36,340 nucleotides of DNA from Nemertoderma westbladi (Eukaryota; Animalia; Xenacoelomorpha): NCBI GenBank assembly GCA_032718475.1, contig JAUCBJ010004867.1, positions 1 through 36,340 of the forward strand. Direction: 5' to 3'. The notes under the pieces are model-generated. The model had not been told where the DNA came from, did no database searches, and saw nothing but the letters and a program-made list of their open reading frames with translations. Made by a program: the position numbers and the translations under genes. Position 1 is the stretch's first letter, and every line of letters begins with the position of its first letter. Shown one piece after another: positions 12,701 to 26,097 of the stretch.

Positions 12701-13250
12701 AAGTGTTCGAGGGGCTCGATATGATCCCGAAAGTTTGGATTGTCATCCAGTACTCCACCGGGTTTTGGTTGAGGTCTCCTTCTGGTCACCACAGAAATCG
12801 TAGGCTATCTTGATCCCTAGTCAATGCTTTAACTTGTAGAAACATGCCTTCAATGTCGGAGGCGTATGCGATAGAATATTGCCGTAGTCGTAATAATATT
12901 CCCAACAAAGATTGGAGTAAGTTGGGTCCGGGCAACAGTTCTGAGTTTAGGGATTGTCCCATAAAAGGGCGGAGCCGTCGAATACTACCCGGACTTCGTT
13001 TGGTTTACCGGGCTTAGGAACGTAATGGTGTGTCAAGTAATATATTCTTTCTGTTATGGGTGTTTCCTCCGGAACTTGCTCCGCATATCCTTTATCGATA
13101 AATTTCTTTAGTTGCGTCTTATACATCTCTTTGGCTCGATCTTTAGATGATAAGCGCCAATGCAGTTGTTAAATTCTCTTGACAGCTAGAGATCGGTTAT
13201 TAATAAAGCTGGGTTCTCTTCGCCTAAAAGGCAGACCAATCTCTTAACGA
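9710..13250 (-). pseudogene. pol: BEL/Pao LTR retrotransposon pol (RT, RNase H, integrase) with many stops and frameshifts
   Basis: EIGLPF, VRVVFDGSA, SLNSELLPGPNLL, SDIEGMFLQV, IYMDD, FDPLGFISP, LHVFGDAS, PRAEL, WRHCPGMINPADIASRG, GLIRVGGRL, TGVDLFGP, TCRAIHL, SDKGTNF, PWWGGSWERLI and RPVGRLCLLE are all BEL/Pao hallmarks. Confidence 0.95.
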
Positions 13251-13343
13251 CCCTCCTCCTTCAATCGTTCAATGATACTTATAATTGTATAATACGTATT
13301 GTTCTATTTGATACTGGATGCTTCAGAACATGAGAGTGATAAG

Positions 13344-16300
13344 CTAATCATCAGAGTCAAAGTCGCATACATATTCCCTCAAGTAGGCTGGCGGTAGGTG
13401 TCGACGTTTGGAGCGCCGGAGTGGGGAATCCGCTTCAGCTGTCTGGTGAGGTTCAACATTGGTGAGATTTGTAGGATCGCCATCCATGCCAGGATCAATG
13501 AATGAGTAGGAACCCTCATCAGAAGAGTCAAAGACATCAGTGGGTTTGGTAGGTATATGATCATGAGAACAGTGTCCACCAGGAACCTTGTAGCATTCAG
13601 AAGTTAAAACGCGATACGAACGTTCTCGGAACTGGTTCCTAGTGAATTTTCTTAGAAAACACCATTTCCCATTGATTGAACAAACGATATAACGAGGTCG
13701 GCTGTGTAACTTAGATCCATCTGCGTATATGTAAACAATATCGCCAACACAAATTGTTGATGTAGGGTTGGACCTGGAACCATGGCTCTTTGAACCAACA
13801 CTGGATGGATGGTTTAACTGGCGAGAAGCATGTTGGCTATGGACGATGGATTCATCATCAACAGGGATAGCACTGGAATTAAATTGGTCTCTTTGAAAGA
13901 GAATTTCACGTGATGAGAGACCTTGATGCCGAATTCTGGAATTTACATTGGCAATGACAATAGCTAGGAATGTTGGGGAGATGGGACCACCTGAAGGGTT
14001 TACTTTCAACATCTCTCCTATGACCTCCTGAATAGCACATTCGGTGATGGGGTTTTTGTTAGGATTTTTGGCATCACCAAGTTCCAGTGTGATATTATAT
14101 TGCGAAAGTTTGGTATCTTTTACAAGGGAACGGAATCGTGTAGCAGGGTCTAAGCAAACTACAGCAGGGGGACCATTACATGGGCAAAAGTTAATACATA
14201 GGCGGATTAGGCCATCACGTAGACTAGTGGCAGTTTCATCAGATAAGAGACATGCGGAGGTATATGATGTGATTGATTCACGGATGACTAATATATACTG
14301 CTTTTCACGCCGAATGACATCAGCAGCAAATGATGATCCCATATGCAGAGGGGATTTGGTGGTAGATTGTGGGATAGGGGCAGTCGCAAGCGATGCACAT
14401 TGGTGGCAATTGGTAACAACAGAAGAAATAGCTGGATCAATATCAAATGCATAGAATGATCTAGAAAAAATTTTCCGAAGTTGGAATGAAGATGGGTGAT
14501 AAGTTGGGGATGGAGTGCAGTTAATAAGCCAATGAGAGATGACCGTGGGACAACAATTTGTTATTGAGCTCCGATGAAGGGCCGTTCCCTTCTAACGACA
14601 ACTAGTCCATCACGGGATAGTGAAGCTACCCCTAAATACCGTTTTGTATCTCGAATGTTGGTCAACTTCTTTGAGGGACAGGTGCCTTGGAGTAGGTGAG
14701 CCTTAACACGATTTAGATCTGGATATTCAGACTGTGTGGTTAGCCAAGTTGAGCGAGTTGTATATAATGGATGGTCAAGATCATCATCCATCTCACAACT
14801 AGCCGTCGAACGAATAACTGGAGATATAGAGGATTCATGAAGAAATGTGCATATCTGGCAGTTTGGAGAGGTGCAATCTGGGATATTGCGACTTTGAAAG
14901 TCAGCTACCAAATTTTTTTGTCCAGGTAAATGGAGCAAAGACACTTGGTATCTAGATACAGCTGAGAGAAATGTGGTTACTCTGGGGCTGGAAGAGAAAT
15001 TACCACAACAAAGCTTGCCAAAGGCTTGTATGCAAGGTTTACTATCAGATAGTACCCGAGTATGGTGGTGATGTGATTGAATGATGAAGGGGGAGAAGTG
15101 GTTAAGTGCCGAGGAGATGGCTAGTGCCTCTAACTCACATGGTAACCATGTGACTTGGTGTACCTTTAACTTAGCAGAAAAAAATCCAGCTAATAGTAGT
15201 TTATTATTACGACGTATGAAAAGCACTGCGCCTAATCCATCGATAGCAGAGGCAGCATCTGTGACAAGCCAAAGTTCATCATCAGCACTGGGCAATGTAA
15301 TGGATTTGCAACTCTTTAATGCAGCTTGAGCTTTACGGAAGACAGCAATAGAATCCTCACAGCAATTAACCTTATCTTTAGACAAATGTCCAGCAGCCAG
15401 TGAATCAAGTGGAGCAACCAAAGACGCAAAATGGGGGAGTACACGTGACAAAACCTTATAGGCACCAATGAAGGAGCGTACACTAGTGACAGTTTCAGGT
15501 AAAGGGCAAGTGGCCAGGGCAGTGATAACATGTGGTGAAGCGGAGAGTGAATCAGCTGACCAGACCCATCCAAGAACACTGGTGGTCTTGGGGCAAATAA
15601 CTGTTTTTGATGGTGAGAGTCTGAGGCCACATCGATGTAGAGAATCTAAGACTGCAGACCAAGTGTTGAGAACATCTGAGATGGAATTCCCACCACAATA
15701 AAGGTCATCGGAAAGTTTCACCACATTTCCAGTAATCAGTAAATCTCTGAGGATGTGGCTTGTCAGCTCTTCAAGGGCAGTTTCAGACCCTGGCATGCCC
15801 ATAGCACATCGCCGATAAACACGAACACCTCGATAAGGTGTTACAACCCCACAGAATTTCATGGAGCTTTTGCTTAATGGAATCTGGAAAAAGGCACTTG
15901 ATAAGTCTGTTTTAATTAAGAATTTGAATCTTGAGATAGCTAGTAATGTGGAGTTCACATCAGGAAGTTTTGCAGGTTGGGGCTTACAATACCGCCCAAC
16001 ATCGGCAAATGCTGTAACTAAGCGGAAGCCTCCTCAGGGCTTCTTGACTAAAAACGATGGATTTAAATATTCAACAGTAATACCTGCATCTTCTGGAGTT
16101 GAGAAAATACCTAGTTTCTCATATCGGTCAAACTCATCCTGGAGGATTTGCAAATTTTCACGCCCATATAAAGGGAGCTGGCCTTTCCTTTGAGGAGGGG
16201 GCACCGGTCCCATGTTTACAACTGCCTCATATGGTCCAGCAGCACCATTATAACCAGGTAATGACCCATCAAATACATCGACATAGCGGTAAAGAATGTC

Positions 16301-18148
16301 CTAAAATTTACTACAATCTGATGGGGATAGTAAGTTATCAGGGTCAAGTTGTAGTGAGCTGAGAATATTTTGAGTGGTGACACTGTGGTTGTCAGATAGG
16401 GAATGTGGTACCTGAGTTGGACGCAACTGACTCTCGGGAACATCTGCAGAAGGAGTAGCAACACACACATGGCTGTTGCGTTGGATATGGATTGGGTAGT
16501 TTGTTTCATTTGGGATATGAATCACATTTGAAGTGCTGGATAAACACATTGGTGAGAACCATGGTTCGTTATTACCACTATTGAGATCAATATGAGAAGA
16601 AATATATATGTTGGGAGTATCACGTAACAAATCAGGGACTTCTAATTCTAAGGAGCTCTGGGGCCATACAATTGATAAATGAGATAGAGCCCTTAGCATC
16701 GGTGAAGAAATTGATGTTTGACGTACAGATGTTCTATGGTGGGATCTAGGCAGGTCAGCGGAGTACTTAAACTGGCTACCATCTTGAAAAGTGATGAGTT
16801 GGAGTGAAGTGCGTAAGCTTATATCGTTTCGGCAAAGAAATGGTGCCCCACCAAGCACATCACACCCTAAGTTACTAACTACAAGGGCATCAAAGGAAAA
16901 GGATAAGTTACCACAAGTAAATGTGGTGAAAATCTCGCCGACAACTCCAAGCCTGGATACACCATCAGCTTGACTTGGGATCTGTTGGGACTTTGGATAT
17001 ATGGGTATGTCCAAATTCTTTAGAAAGGTGGAGTTAATTAGGTTAGATTCTGCACCAGAATCAAGTATCATGCGTAGTGGTGTAGACTGAAAGTGTAAGT
17101 CAACATAAGGGGATCTGACAACACTGACACGGGATATGGCTGGGGGGTCATCCACTGTATATTCAAACATATCTTGGTGAATGTCAGTATCCTCATCAAT
17201 AACCTCAATGGTTCGAGTGCGGACCAAAAATCGTTTATCCTGGTCTGGAATGAAGTGGCATTGGCTGAGAAAATGTGTAAAATCACTGCGACCAGCCTGT
17301 TTGCATAGTGGGCAAATTTTTTGCATGCGAGGTTGTTCATGTGTTTGTGGCCGAAAGGGCTTGGGGGCAGTAGGTCTATGTGAATATTGTTGTGGGCGAC
17401 TAGAAGTGGATCGCATAGTACGTACTTCATCGCTAGCTTGGAGCTCGTCTAATAGGGATGGGAGAGCCTGAGAAATCTCAGGTTTTATGGAAGACAGAGT
17501 CTGATGTCGCAATTCTGTACCATAATGCTGTTTAACTAGCTTTGGTAAATCATTGTTGATTAATCGTAACCAAGTAAGAACAACAAGGTTTTCAACAGTA
17601 GGACATAATTCCTCATCTTCAGGAATGGGGACCCCATGGTGAGAAATGCCACCATCCTTTTTAAGCAAATTGTCATCTACAAAGGCTACCAATCTTTGGT
17701 ATAGATCCTCTGGTTTTTCATCATATTCAAGCTTAATGGATGCTAGGTCCAAAAAATGTGCACCAGAGATTTGAAATCCAAAGTGCAAACGTATGGTATT
17801 CCAGATAGATTGGAGAGAAGTGGACGTTTTAACGATTGAATTTCTAGATACAATGGGGCAATAATTTGCTATTTGCCCTAGCATAAGTTCTAGGGTTACT
17901 ACCTTTTGTGCTGCAGTGCGGCGCGATGTAGCCGGAATATCAGTCTCATCATCCACAAAGCCACGGGTAGGAGAAAGGCGAGATTTCTATTCCCAGTGGG
18001 CAGAATCAAGGGTGAATGGGGCAAAGGCTGGGTCTAAAGCTAAAGTGTATAAAAGATTCTGTCTCCATGTTTCAAAGGTATTAATGGTTTCAACTTTAGA
18101 GAGAGGTATAATTTTTGGAGTACGTAGGGAACCTGTCGCTGTGGACAT
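13344..18148 (-). pseudogene. gag-pol: Ty3/Gypsy LTR retrotransposon gag-pol (Gag, PR, RT, RNase H, IN), disrupted
   Basis: ATG at 18148, in-frame stops (e.g. 17987, 16301, 14561). Gag LELMLGQIANYCP and CPLCKQAGRSDFTHFLSQC; protease LDSGA; RT TDLSSAFFQIPL, AMGMPGS, KLSDD; RNase H VTDAA, ELEALAI, SDSKP; integrase CHQC, FAADV, NKNPITE. Order PR-RT-RH-IN. Confidence 0.93.
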
Positions 18149-18190
18149 ATCAGTGTTCTATGCGGATACTGGATATCGGCTGACCAGTTT

Positions 18191-18320
18191 ACCAAGAGCT
18201 TTTTTTTTGTGGTAGGTACTGGGGTACCGGTATATGTAGTAATAATGCTAAGTAGAGTCGGACTGGCAGACTGAGCTGTACGACGTATATCAGTCAGTAT
18301 ATCGATGTTTATATAGACAG
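18191..18320 (-). promoter_or_regulatory. Possible 3' part of the Gypsy 5' LTR with TATA box and adjacent PBS-like TGG
   Basis: CTATATAAAC at 18316-18307; TGGT at 18194-18191, ~45 bp upstream of the gag ATG. Boundaries cannot be fixed without a second LTR. Confidence 0.3.
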
Positions 18321-19074
18321 GCAACTGTGAACTGATAAGATAGGTATGGTTATCCGGCAGTCCGGCAAGGACGGTAATTATTGTCTGTGAATCCGAATCT
18401 GGTTATGGCTATATAGGTAATACTCACAGTTTGGTTGTCAGTTGGCTCAACCAGCAACCGGTAGTGGTAAGTAGTACAGTTCTGGGTTAGTTCTGCAGTT
18501 GAGACGCGGTATTATGTAGGCCTATATCACAGCCTATGATTTAGGCTACGACGGTAAGAAGATATACCTGCTGACCTGTATGCCATATGCTGACGCACTT
18601 GTCGTGTTGAGATGGCGGAGCAAGGCGAGGCAAAGGTAAGATATCGCTGCCACCACGCCAATAAGTGGTATGAGGTAATACTCCAATATGCAATAGGTGA
18701 AAACACAACAGGTAAGGCAGAAGCTGAAGGTATATTGGTAATGCAATACAGCAGTAGTGTTGCTCAAGCGTCAACTGACAGACGTACCGGTAAGATGAAA
18801 ACCAAACCGTAAGGCCAGATAAGGCCATGCCAAAACTATCCTACATGTAGTAATACATAAACAAACATGAGGCCAAAGGCCCATGGCGATAAATAAATGG
18901 TTTTAGTTTCGATTTCAGTCAGCCCATACAGGTAGTAGTGGTGGGTTAACTTAACAGCTGCAGTGCAGTGCGGCAGATCAGTCATTTCAAATTTGCATAC
19001 CATAAGGTTTACTTCAGTTTAGAGTTAAAATAATAATATTCAACATTTCACTAGAAAAGCAGGATCGTTTCAGC

Positions 19075-19158
19075 CAAAGTGGGACAATCGGGCGTCCCGC
19101 CAGGCATCTCGGGGGACAGTGGGACAGGGACTCCAAAGCGGGATGTCTGGTCACCTTA
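19075..19158. mobile_element. One end of a hAT (Blackjack-like) non-autonomous DNA transposon
   Basis: Several gggac subterminal motifs ending in cgggatgtctggtcacctta, close to the reverse complement of the TAGGGTGACCA-type TIR. Partner end not found. Confidence 0.45.
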
Positions 19159-19689
19159 CACTATAGCCTATAATGCATCACAATCTTACAGGCCATTTGC
19201 AAGGCACCCACAGTATATCTTTAACCATAACTAGGGAACATGTATTCCAAATGCCCTTATTTATAATGGGAATTTCTACTGTACATATACCTCAACCAGC
19301 TCTTGTCCCAAATACGTTGCTCTGTCCAGTATAGGTTGTTATAATGAGCCCCGGATTCGTAGCTGACACTTGGATTATATTCAGTGGAATTTTCCGTTAA
19401 CCTTTACATTATATAGCCAATAAGAAGGGAGATGCCTAACTTTAGGAATGTTGGTATTGGTCCGATGACGAGGAGTTGGCTCATATGATGATTTGATTGG
19501 ATGCCCCTATATTGGACAGGTTGGAAATCATTACGCAACGTATAATAGAAAGCCCCATAGAAGTGAAGAGAAACACCCTATTCTGGACAATGATGTAGAC
19601 ACTACTCAGTTGGTAGGCCTAACCAGCAGGTCGGTGGGAGGCTTGTTTGCTTCAATTACTGAATTACTGCACCCAGCCACCTGGCTACC

Positions 19690-20720
19690 CTGCACCGTCA
19701 GTCCGTCCTCAAAGGCCTGGCTGCTTCTCCACTTTATGCTTTACTCTGGAGCCACGAAGGCAATGGGAGGCCCCGCGGATTAGCGGAAACTGATTCCTCT
19801 GATCATTGTTCGGACCCAGCCCATCGTCACGCTAAAGGGGCGCCCCCACGACCTGGGTAGTCGGTCGGCAACCACTCGGAGGAGGTGGTTTGCATGTAGG
19901 GCTAGGACTCCGTCCACAAATGGAGAAAAATCCCCACGCCGAGCCGAGATAGCATCCGCATAGAGGCGCTTTTTCTCATCTTCGGCCGACTCCAGTACAG
20001 ACATCGGGGTGCGGTGCGACCCACCCACATGGCCACATATGACTCGACGTCAAGGTTTACAATCCTAATATCTAACAACGCCTGAGTCTGTGGGTTTAAT
20101 GCACCCCGAATACCAATGTCGCACCGAAGACCTGCAGCCCCATCTACCCCCTGGCCCTCCCGAACTACCGGCTCCCAGACAACGTTTCATGGCCCGAAGG
20201 CACGAGCTGCGAGGTCGCTGACAACGTCCCGAAGTTTGTTGCGTCGCTAGATAATGAGGCCGCCTTTTTTACAATTTAAACCGTGGTTTCAATCAAAGGC
20301 GGCCCCGCATCCATCGCACCGGCTTGGCACTGACGCCAAGGGCAGAAGGGGTGGCCATAGCGGATCGTGAGTGCGTCTTTGAACTGAACTCCAGTGGGGA
20401 ATGATCGAGTTGGTGGTCAGCCAGAGGGAGAGAGGATATCCATCCGCTCGTGCGGAAATCGGCGGCGCGTTTTACTGCCCGTCATCGATCTGGCAACAGA
20501 TCCTCCAGCACCGCATCCAGCTCCCGCGTCCTGCCCCACTTTCCGCGCCCGCTGTATGCAGCCAAGGTGTTATAGTTAGAGAGAACACACGATCTCTGTG
20601 ACGGGATCAGAGATCCCGACCGGGTTGTTAAAGTACGCGTCACCATTCTGCTGGGGATCGTGCTACTGGCTTTGGCCGAGGCCATCTGGGAAAACAGTGA
20701 AAGTTCCTGTTGTCTTTCGA
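19690..20720 (-). mobile_element. Degenerate CRE-clade non-LTR retrotransposon fragment (zinc knuckle + restriction-like endonuclease)
   Basis: TSGWISSLPL, FKDALTIRYG, CDGCGAAF..HGLNCKKGG, EPVVRE, LRCDIGIRG, ALLDIRIVN, EDEKKRLY, FSPFV, CLRGSR across several frameshifts. Confidence 0.85.
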
Positions 20721-21916
20721 TATTAGTTAGTATGGGCGGTAATAGCACGTATTGAATATAAAGCAGAAAATACAGATAAATTGTTACCAGTATAGCAATG
20801 GCGATGACGGTCATTAACTATGACCGGTCTGCACTGAGTAAACTGAATAACACAACTGACCGGTAAATCAGTATTGTAAGATAATATATATGATTAATAC
20901 ATTGAATATTGGTTCACCTCCTACTCTACTTTGGCCCTCTACCCAATGGATGCTTTCCTGTTCCCTATCACATGCTTCCCTCCCCACTATTGGCTAATAT
21001 ACTACTTGTCACTTTGGCACTCCCTGGGAGTGTTTCCCCTCCGCTGCTAGCCTCTACTAGCTGTATTCCCTCCAAGGTGATTTGACCTCTCACCTTTCTC
21101 TGTGGCTTCGGGGCTTGTGTCCCCCCCCCCCCCCCCCCAATGTTGGTTATGATACGAGATTAATATTGGTAATCGCGTATCCCCAACATATTGCTAAAAA
21201 TGCCACTAGTCCCATTTTCTGGTGGGTAATGAAGTGGAATTGAATCCGCTTACACTCCCCCCATGCTATCTTCCCGGTGAGAAGATAGCATCAACCTTAA
21301 GTGTGCTTCAATTCCGCTGGAACCCGATCTACTTCCGGGTGTGGGGTGGAGTTCTTTTCTCGGGGTTGGCTTTCCAGGCCACCCCCCCTGGGTATGATAT
21401 TACTACACCTCCTTGGTGCAATCGCGAGCTATGTTGCACCAAGATATCTGACATCTCTGTTTGAGACAATTGTGGACTATCTTCACACAATTTTCAAAAA
21501 ACCTCACTCTAATTTCCCTCTAATCTCACTCTTGGACCCCTCTGTCCCTTACTCTCTCTCTCACGGACCTTGTTGTCCCTTACTCTCTCTCTTACTGCTC
21601 GCTCCCCACACTTGAATTGCACTCCTCTCACTTCCTCACGCGCCAACGCGAAATCAAGAAATGGGATCCGTCTAAGTCTCGTCCCGCCGTTCTAGTCAAT
21701 GAGTCCCCCAACTTTATTTTATTTTGTCCCGCCGTCTGTGCTATTATCCTATCTACCTTTCTACTCCCTTCTTACTATGTACCCTAATAGTACTATGCTA
21801 TGCCTACATACCCTTTACTTTCTTACTACGTGGCGCTCTAGGTGCCCACCCTAATACTGCTACAACCTACATAATGCTACTACCTAATACATACATACCA
21901 CACCCTTCACTCTCTC

Positions 21917-22113
21917 ACTACGTGGCGCTTTCGGTGCCCACAACCCCTCTGCTACTACCTCTATGGTATACCTACATACCATACCCTCTATTCTCTTACT
22001 ACGTGGCGCTTTCGGTGCCCACAACCCCTCTGCTACCACTTCTATGGTATACCTACATACCATACCCTCTACTCTCTTTCTACGTGGCGCTTTCGGTGCC
22101 CACAACCCCTCTG
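21917..22113. repeat. 81-bp tandem repeat (~2.5 units); second copy at +1640
   Basis: cgtggcgctttcggtgcccac at 21921, 22002 and 22083. Confidence 0.9.
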
Positions 22114-22202
22114 CTCTCTCGGTACTATGTACCCTGCTACTCCGGTACTATGTACCCTGCTACTACTCTCGTGGTATGTCTATATACCACACTCCCTATT
22201 CT

Positions 22203-22434
22203 CTAACTTCTAACTCTCCTCTTACTCTTACTAACTTCTAACTAACTTTCTAACTTCTTACTAACTCTTACTAACTTCTAACTAACTTTCTAACTTCTTA
22301 CTTCTTACTAACTCTTACTAACTTCTAACTAACTTTCTAACTTCTTACTTCTTACTAACTCTTACTAACTTCTAACTAACTTTCTAACTTCTTACTTCTT
22401 ACTAACTTCTAACTAACTTTCTAACTTCTTACTT
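22203..22434. repeat. G-free low-complexity (ctaactt-like) repeat; second copy at +1640
   Basis: Reiterated ctaacttctaactaactttctaacttctta blocks. Confidence 0.9.
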
Positions 22435-22707
22435 CGTGGCGCCTGGAAACCCTCAGTGCCCACAACTTTCTATAGTACTTGCTATGTACTTGAATGCTCC
22501 CCTACACCTATTTCCTCTACCTCTACTTCCTCTACATTTACTTCCTCTACATATACTCCCTCTACATCTACTTACGGTATGCGTACATACCCCCCTCACT
22601 TCCTCACGTGATGCCCTCAGTGCCCACAGGTTTCTCACCCTCCATACTCTTCGGCTACGGTATGCGTACATACCTCCCCTCACTTTGTGCCCTCTCTACT
22701 ACTCCCT

Positions 22708-22978
22708 ACATGGCACCCTTTGTGCCCACCTCTAGTACTCTCTACATGGCACCCTTTGTGCCCACCTCTACTACTCTCTACATGGCACTCTTTGTGCCCA
22801 TCTCTACTACTCTCTACATGGCACCCCCCTTTGTGCCCACAACTACTACTCTCTACATGGCACCCTTTGTGCCCACAACAACTACTCTCTACATGGCACC
22901 CTTTGTGCCCATCTCTACTACCCCCAGCACCTCGTTGGCTGGGGGTAGGTGGCACCCTTTGTGCCCACCTCTACTACT
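22708..22978. repeat. 36-bp tandem repeat (~7 units); second copy at +1640
   Basis: catggcaccctttgtgcccaYctctactactctcta reiterated. Confidence 0.92.
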
Positions 22979-25520
22979 GCACCCCTCGATTACGGTATAC
23001 ATACATACTCCCCCTCAATTCCTTATGTAGCGCCCTCAGTGCTCACAAAGGTGCTCATACTTCTCATACTTCATACAAGGTACTCCTACACCTAGGTGCT
23101 CATACTTCTCCTACTTCATACAAGGTATTCCTACACCTATGCATCATGCACGTCGGAACGCCCGTCCCTTCCCTATCCAACTTATTGGGCGACTCAACAA
23201 CCTATGGGCCACCCCTCCATCACGCATATCTCCCATCTTCCCCCTCTGGCTCGTCCTACCTTCCGCCCCACTCTCTTCGTCGAACCCTTCTTGTTTCTGG
23301 TGGGCATTCTCTGCCCCCCCCCCCCCCCCCCCTTCTCACCCTCCGTCGGGTGCCACGGATCCCTTAACTCTCCGCGTGCACTATCTGCCGACGCTCTATC
23401 ATCTCGATCCCTGTGTGTTCTTGGTTGTTAATATTGCGGATATTGACTGATTATTTACTTTCTTACTACGTGGCGCTCTAGGTGCCCACCCTAATACTGC
23501 TACAACCTACATAATGCTACTACCTAATACATACATACCACACCCTTCACTCTCTCACTACGTGGCGCTTTCGGTGCCCACAACCCCTCTGCTACTACCT
23601 CTATGGTATACCTACATACCATACCCTCTATTCTCTTACTACGTGGCGCTTTCGGTGCCCACAACCCCTCTGCTACCACTTCTATGGTATACCTACATAC
23701 CATACCCTCTACTCTCTTTCTACGTGGCGCTTTCGGTGCCCACAACCCCTCTGCTCTCTCGGTACTATGTACCCTGCTACTCCGGTACTATGTACCCTGC
23801 TACTACTCTCGTGGTATGTCTATATACCACACTCCCTATTCTCTAACTTCTAACTCTCCTCTTACTCTTACTAACTTCTAACTAACTTTCTAACTTCTTA
23901 CTAACTCTTACTAACTTCTAACTAACTTTCTAACTTCTTACTTCTTACTAACTCTTACTAACTTCTAACTAACTTTCTAACTTCTTACTTCTTACTAACT
24001 CTTACTAACTTCTAACTAACTTTCTAACTTCTTACTTCTTACTAACTTCTAACTAACTTTCTAACTTCTTACTTCGTGGCGCCTGGAAACCCTCAGTGCC
24101 CACAACTTTCTATAGTACTTGCTATGTACTTGAATGCTCCCCTACACCTATTTCCTCTACCTCTACTTCCTCTACATTTACTTCCTCTACATATACTCCC
24201 TCTACATCTACTTACGGTATGCGTACATACCCCCCTCACTTCCTCACGTGATGCCCTCAGTGCCCACAGGTTTCTCACCCTCCATACTCTTCGGCTACGG
24301 TATGCGTACATACCTCCCCTCACTTTGTGCCCTCTCTACTACTCCCTACATGGCACCCTTTGTGCCCACCTCTAGTACTCTCTACATGGCACCCTTTGTG
24401 CCCACCTCTACTACTCTCTACATGTGGCACTCTTTGTGCCCATCTCTACTACTCTCTACATGGCACCCCCCTTTGTGCCCACAACTACTACTCTCTACAT
24501 GGCACCCTTTGTGCCCACAACTACTACTCTCTACATGGCACCCTTTGTGCCCATCTCTACTACCCCCAGCACCTCGTTGGCTGGGGGTAGGTGGCACCCT
24601 TTGTGCCCACCTCTACTACTGCACCCCTCGATTACGGTATACATACATACTCCCCCTCAATTCCTTATGTAGCGCCCTCAGTGCTCACAAAGGTGCTCAT
24701 ACTTCTCATACTTCATACAAGGTACTCCTACACCTAGGTGCTCATACTTCTCCTACTTCATACAAGGTATTCCTACACCTATGCATCATGCACGTCGGAA
24801 CGCCCGTCCCTTCCCTATCCAACTTATTGGGCGACTCAACAACCTATGGGCCACCCCTCCATCACGCATATCTCCCATCTTCCCCCTCTGGCTCGTCCTA
24901 CCTTCCGCCCCACTCTCTTCGTCGAACCCTTCTTGTTTCTGGTGGGCATTCTCTGCCCCCCCCCCCCCCCCCCCTTCTCACCCTCCGTCGGGTGCCACGG
25001 ATCCCTTAACTCTCCGCGTGCACTATCTGCCGACGCTCTATCATCTCGATCCCTGTGTGTTCTTGGTTGTTAATATTGCGGATATTGAAATGGGGGAATG
25101 TTACCCTGCCCCCCCCCCCCCCCCCCCCCCCACCAATGTTATGTTTGGTACTGGGGTCGATGTTAATAATATATTGGGGCCCATATATTGGGTATATGTT
25201 TTGTCCCTGCATATTATAGTCATACTGGTGGCAACGTCTCTTCTATTCTCTTCACTTCCTCTCTCTTCAGTGTAGCGATCCCTTTTGTGAGATCTGTCTT
25301 CGACCTCCCGGACAAACTCCAGTGTTCCCCTTCCGTCCTCCGACTGGGCTCAACGTCTTGTCGCTCGCCTGCCCACGGCGCCAACCTCCCTCTCTCCAGC
25401 CGGCCGGACACTCCTGGCGACACAACGCACTCTCTCCACTCCGGCTGGGTCCAGTCACCCCTGCCTCTCCCTGTGCGACTGCGCGGCCTTGCAGGCTCCC
25501 GTCGGGTTCACTCACCCCCA

Positions 25521-26097
25521 CTATTCCCTGCGTAGCGTAACTACGTGGCCTTGCAGGCTCTCACCTGCCGGATCACCTGTCTCCCTCACGTTCGTATTAG
25601 TAGCACTGTTATCAATAATATTATTATCTAAATTATTTGAGTTATTTTGTTCAGGGTTAGGGCTATTATTTGGAATATTTTGTATATTTAAATTAGAATT
25701 ATTTGGATTATTTTGAATGTTTAAATTAGAATTATTTGGATTATTTTGTATATTTAATTTAGGATTATTTGGATTATTTTGTATATTTGAATCACAATTA
25801 TTACTACCGGGTAAAATATTATTTCCTGCAACAAAGGTTTGATTAGGGTTGTCCACTATGGTACTATTAATATTAATTCACCCCCCCACCCCCCCCCCCC
25901 CCCATCCGTACGGTTACACCAGTCCTGGGTCTGTCGTCCAGTACCTGTAAGTGGGGTATTAACAAACGTTTCCATTACTTAGGGCTCCTCGTAAATACTA
26001 CCCGAACCGGCCTCACTCTCAGATAATCCCAACTGTGCCAGTTCTAATCAGCGCTTTTGCTTTGCCTGGTATTGCATAAGCCCCCTTAACCGGGTAT
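25521..26097 (-). pseudogene. Continuation of the gag-like ORF beyond the foldback insertion, with 33-bp Asn-rich repeats
   Basis: Removing the element and one TSD copy joins DDMHTR to LRGLMQYQAKQKR*LELAQLG...; further on (NIQNNPNNSNL)x~4. Confidence 0.55.

Larger units (their letters stand above)
21814..25088. repeat. Near-identical 1.64-kb tandem duplication (21814-23446 and 23454-25088)
   Basis: Offset 1640 bp, rising to 1642 after a 2-bp indel near 24424. A 7-nt spacer ctgatta (23447-23453) lies at the junction. The ORF track duplicates accordingly. Confidence 0.97.

Noticed and set aside
18541-18828. Short ORFs upstream of the Gypsy gag
   Set aside because: Overlapping frames on both strands with no motif and no convincing splice sites.
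21724-25275. Many overlapping plus-strand ORFs
   Set aside because: By-products of G-poor low-complexity repeats, duplicated with the block; no recognisable domain.
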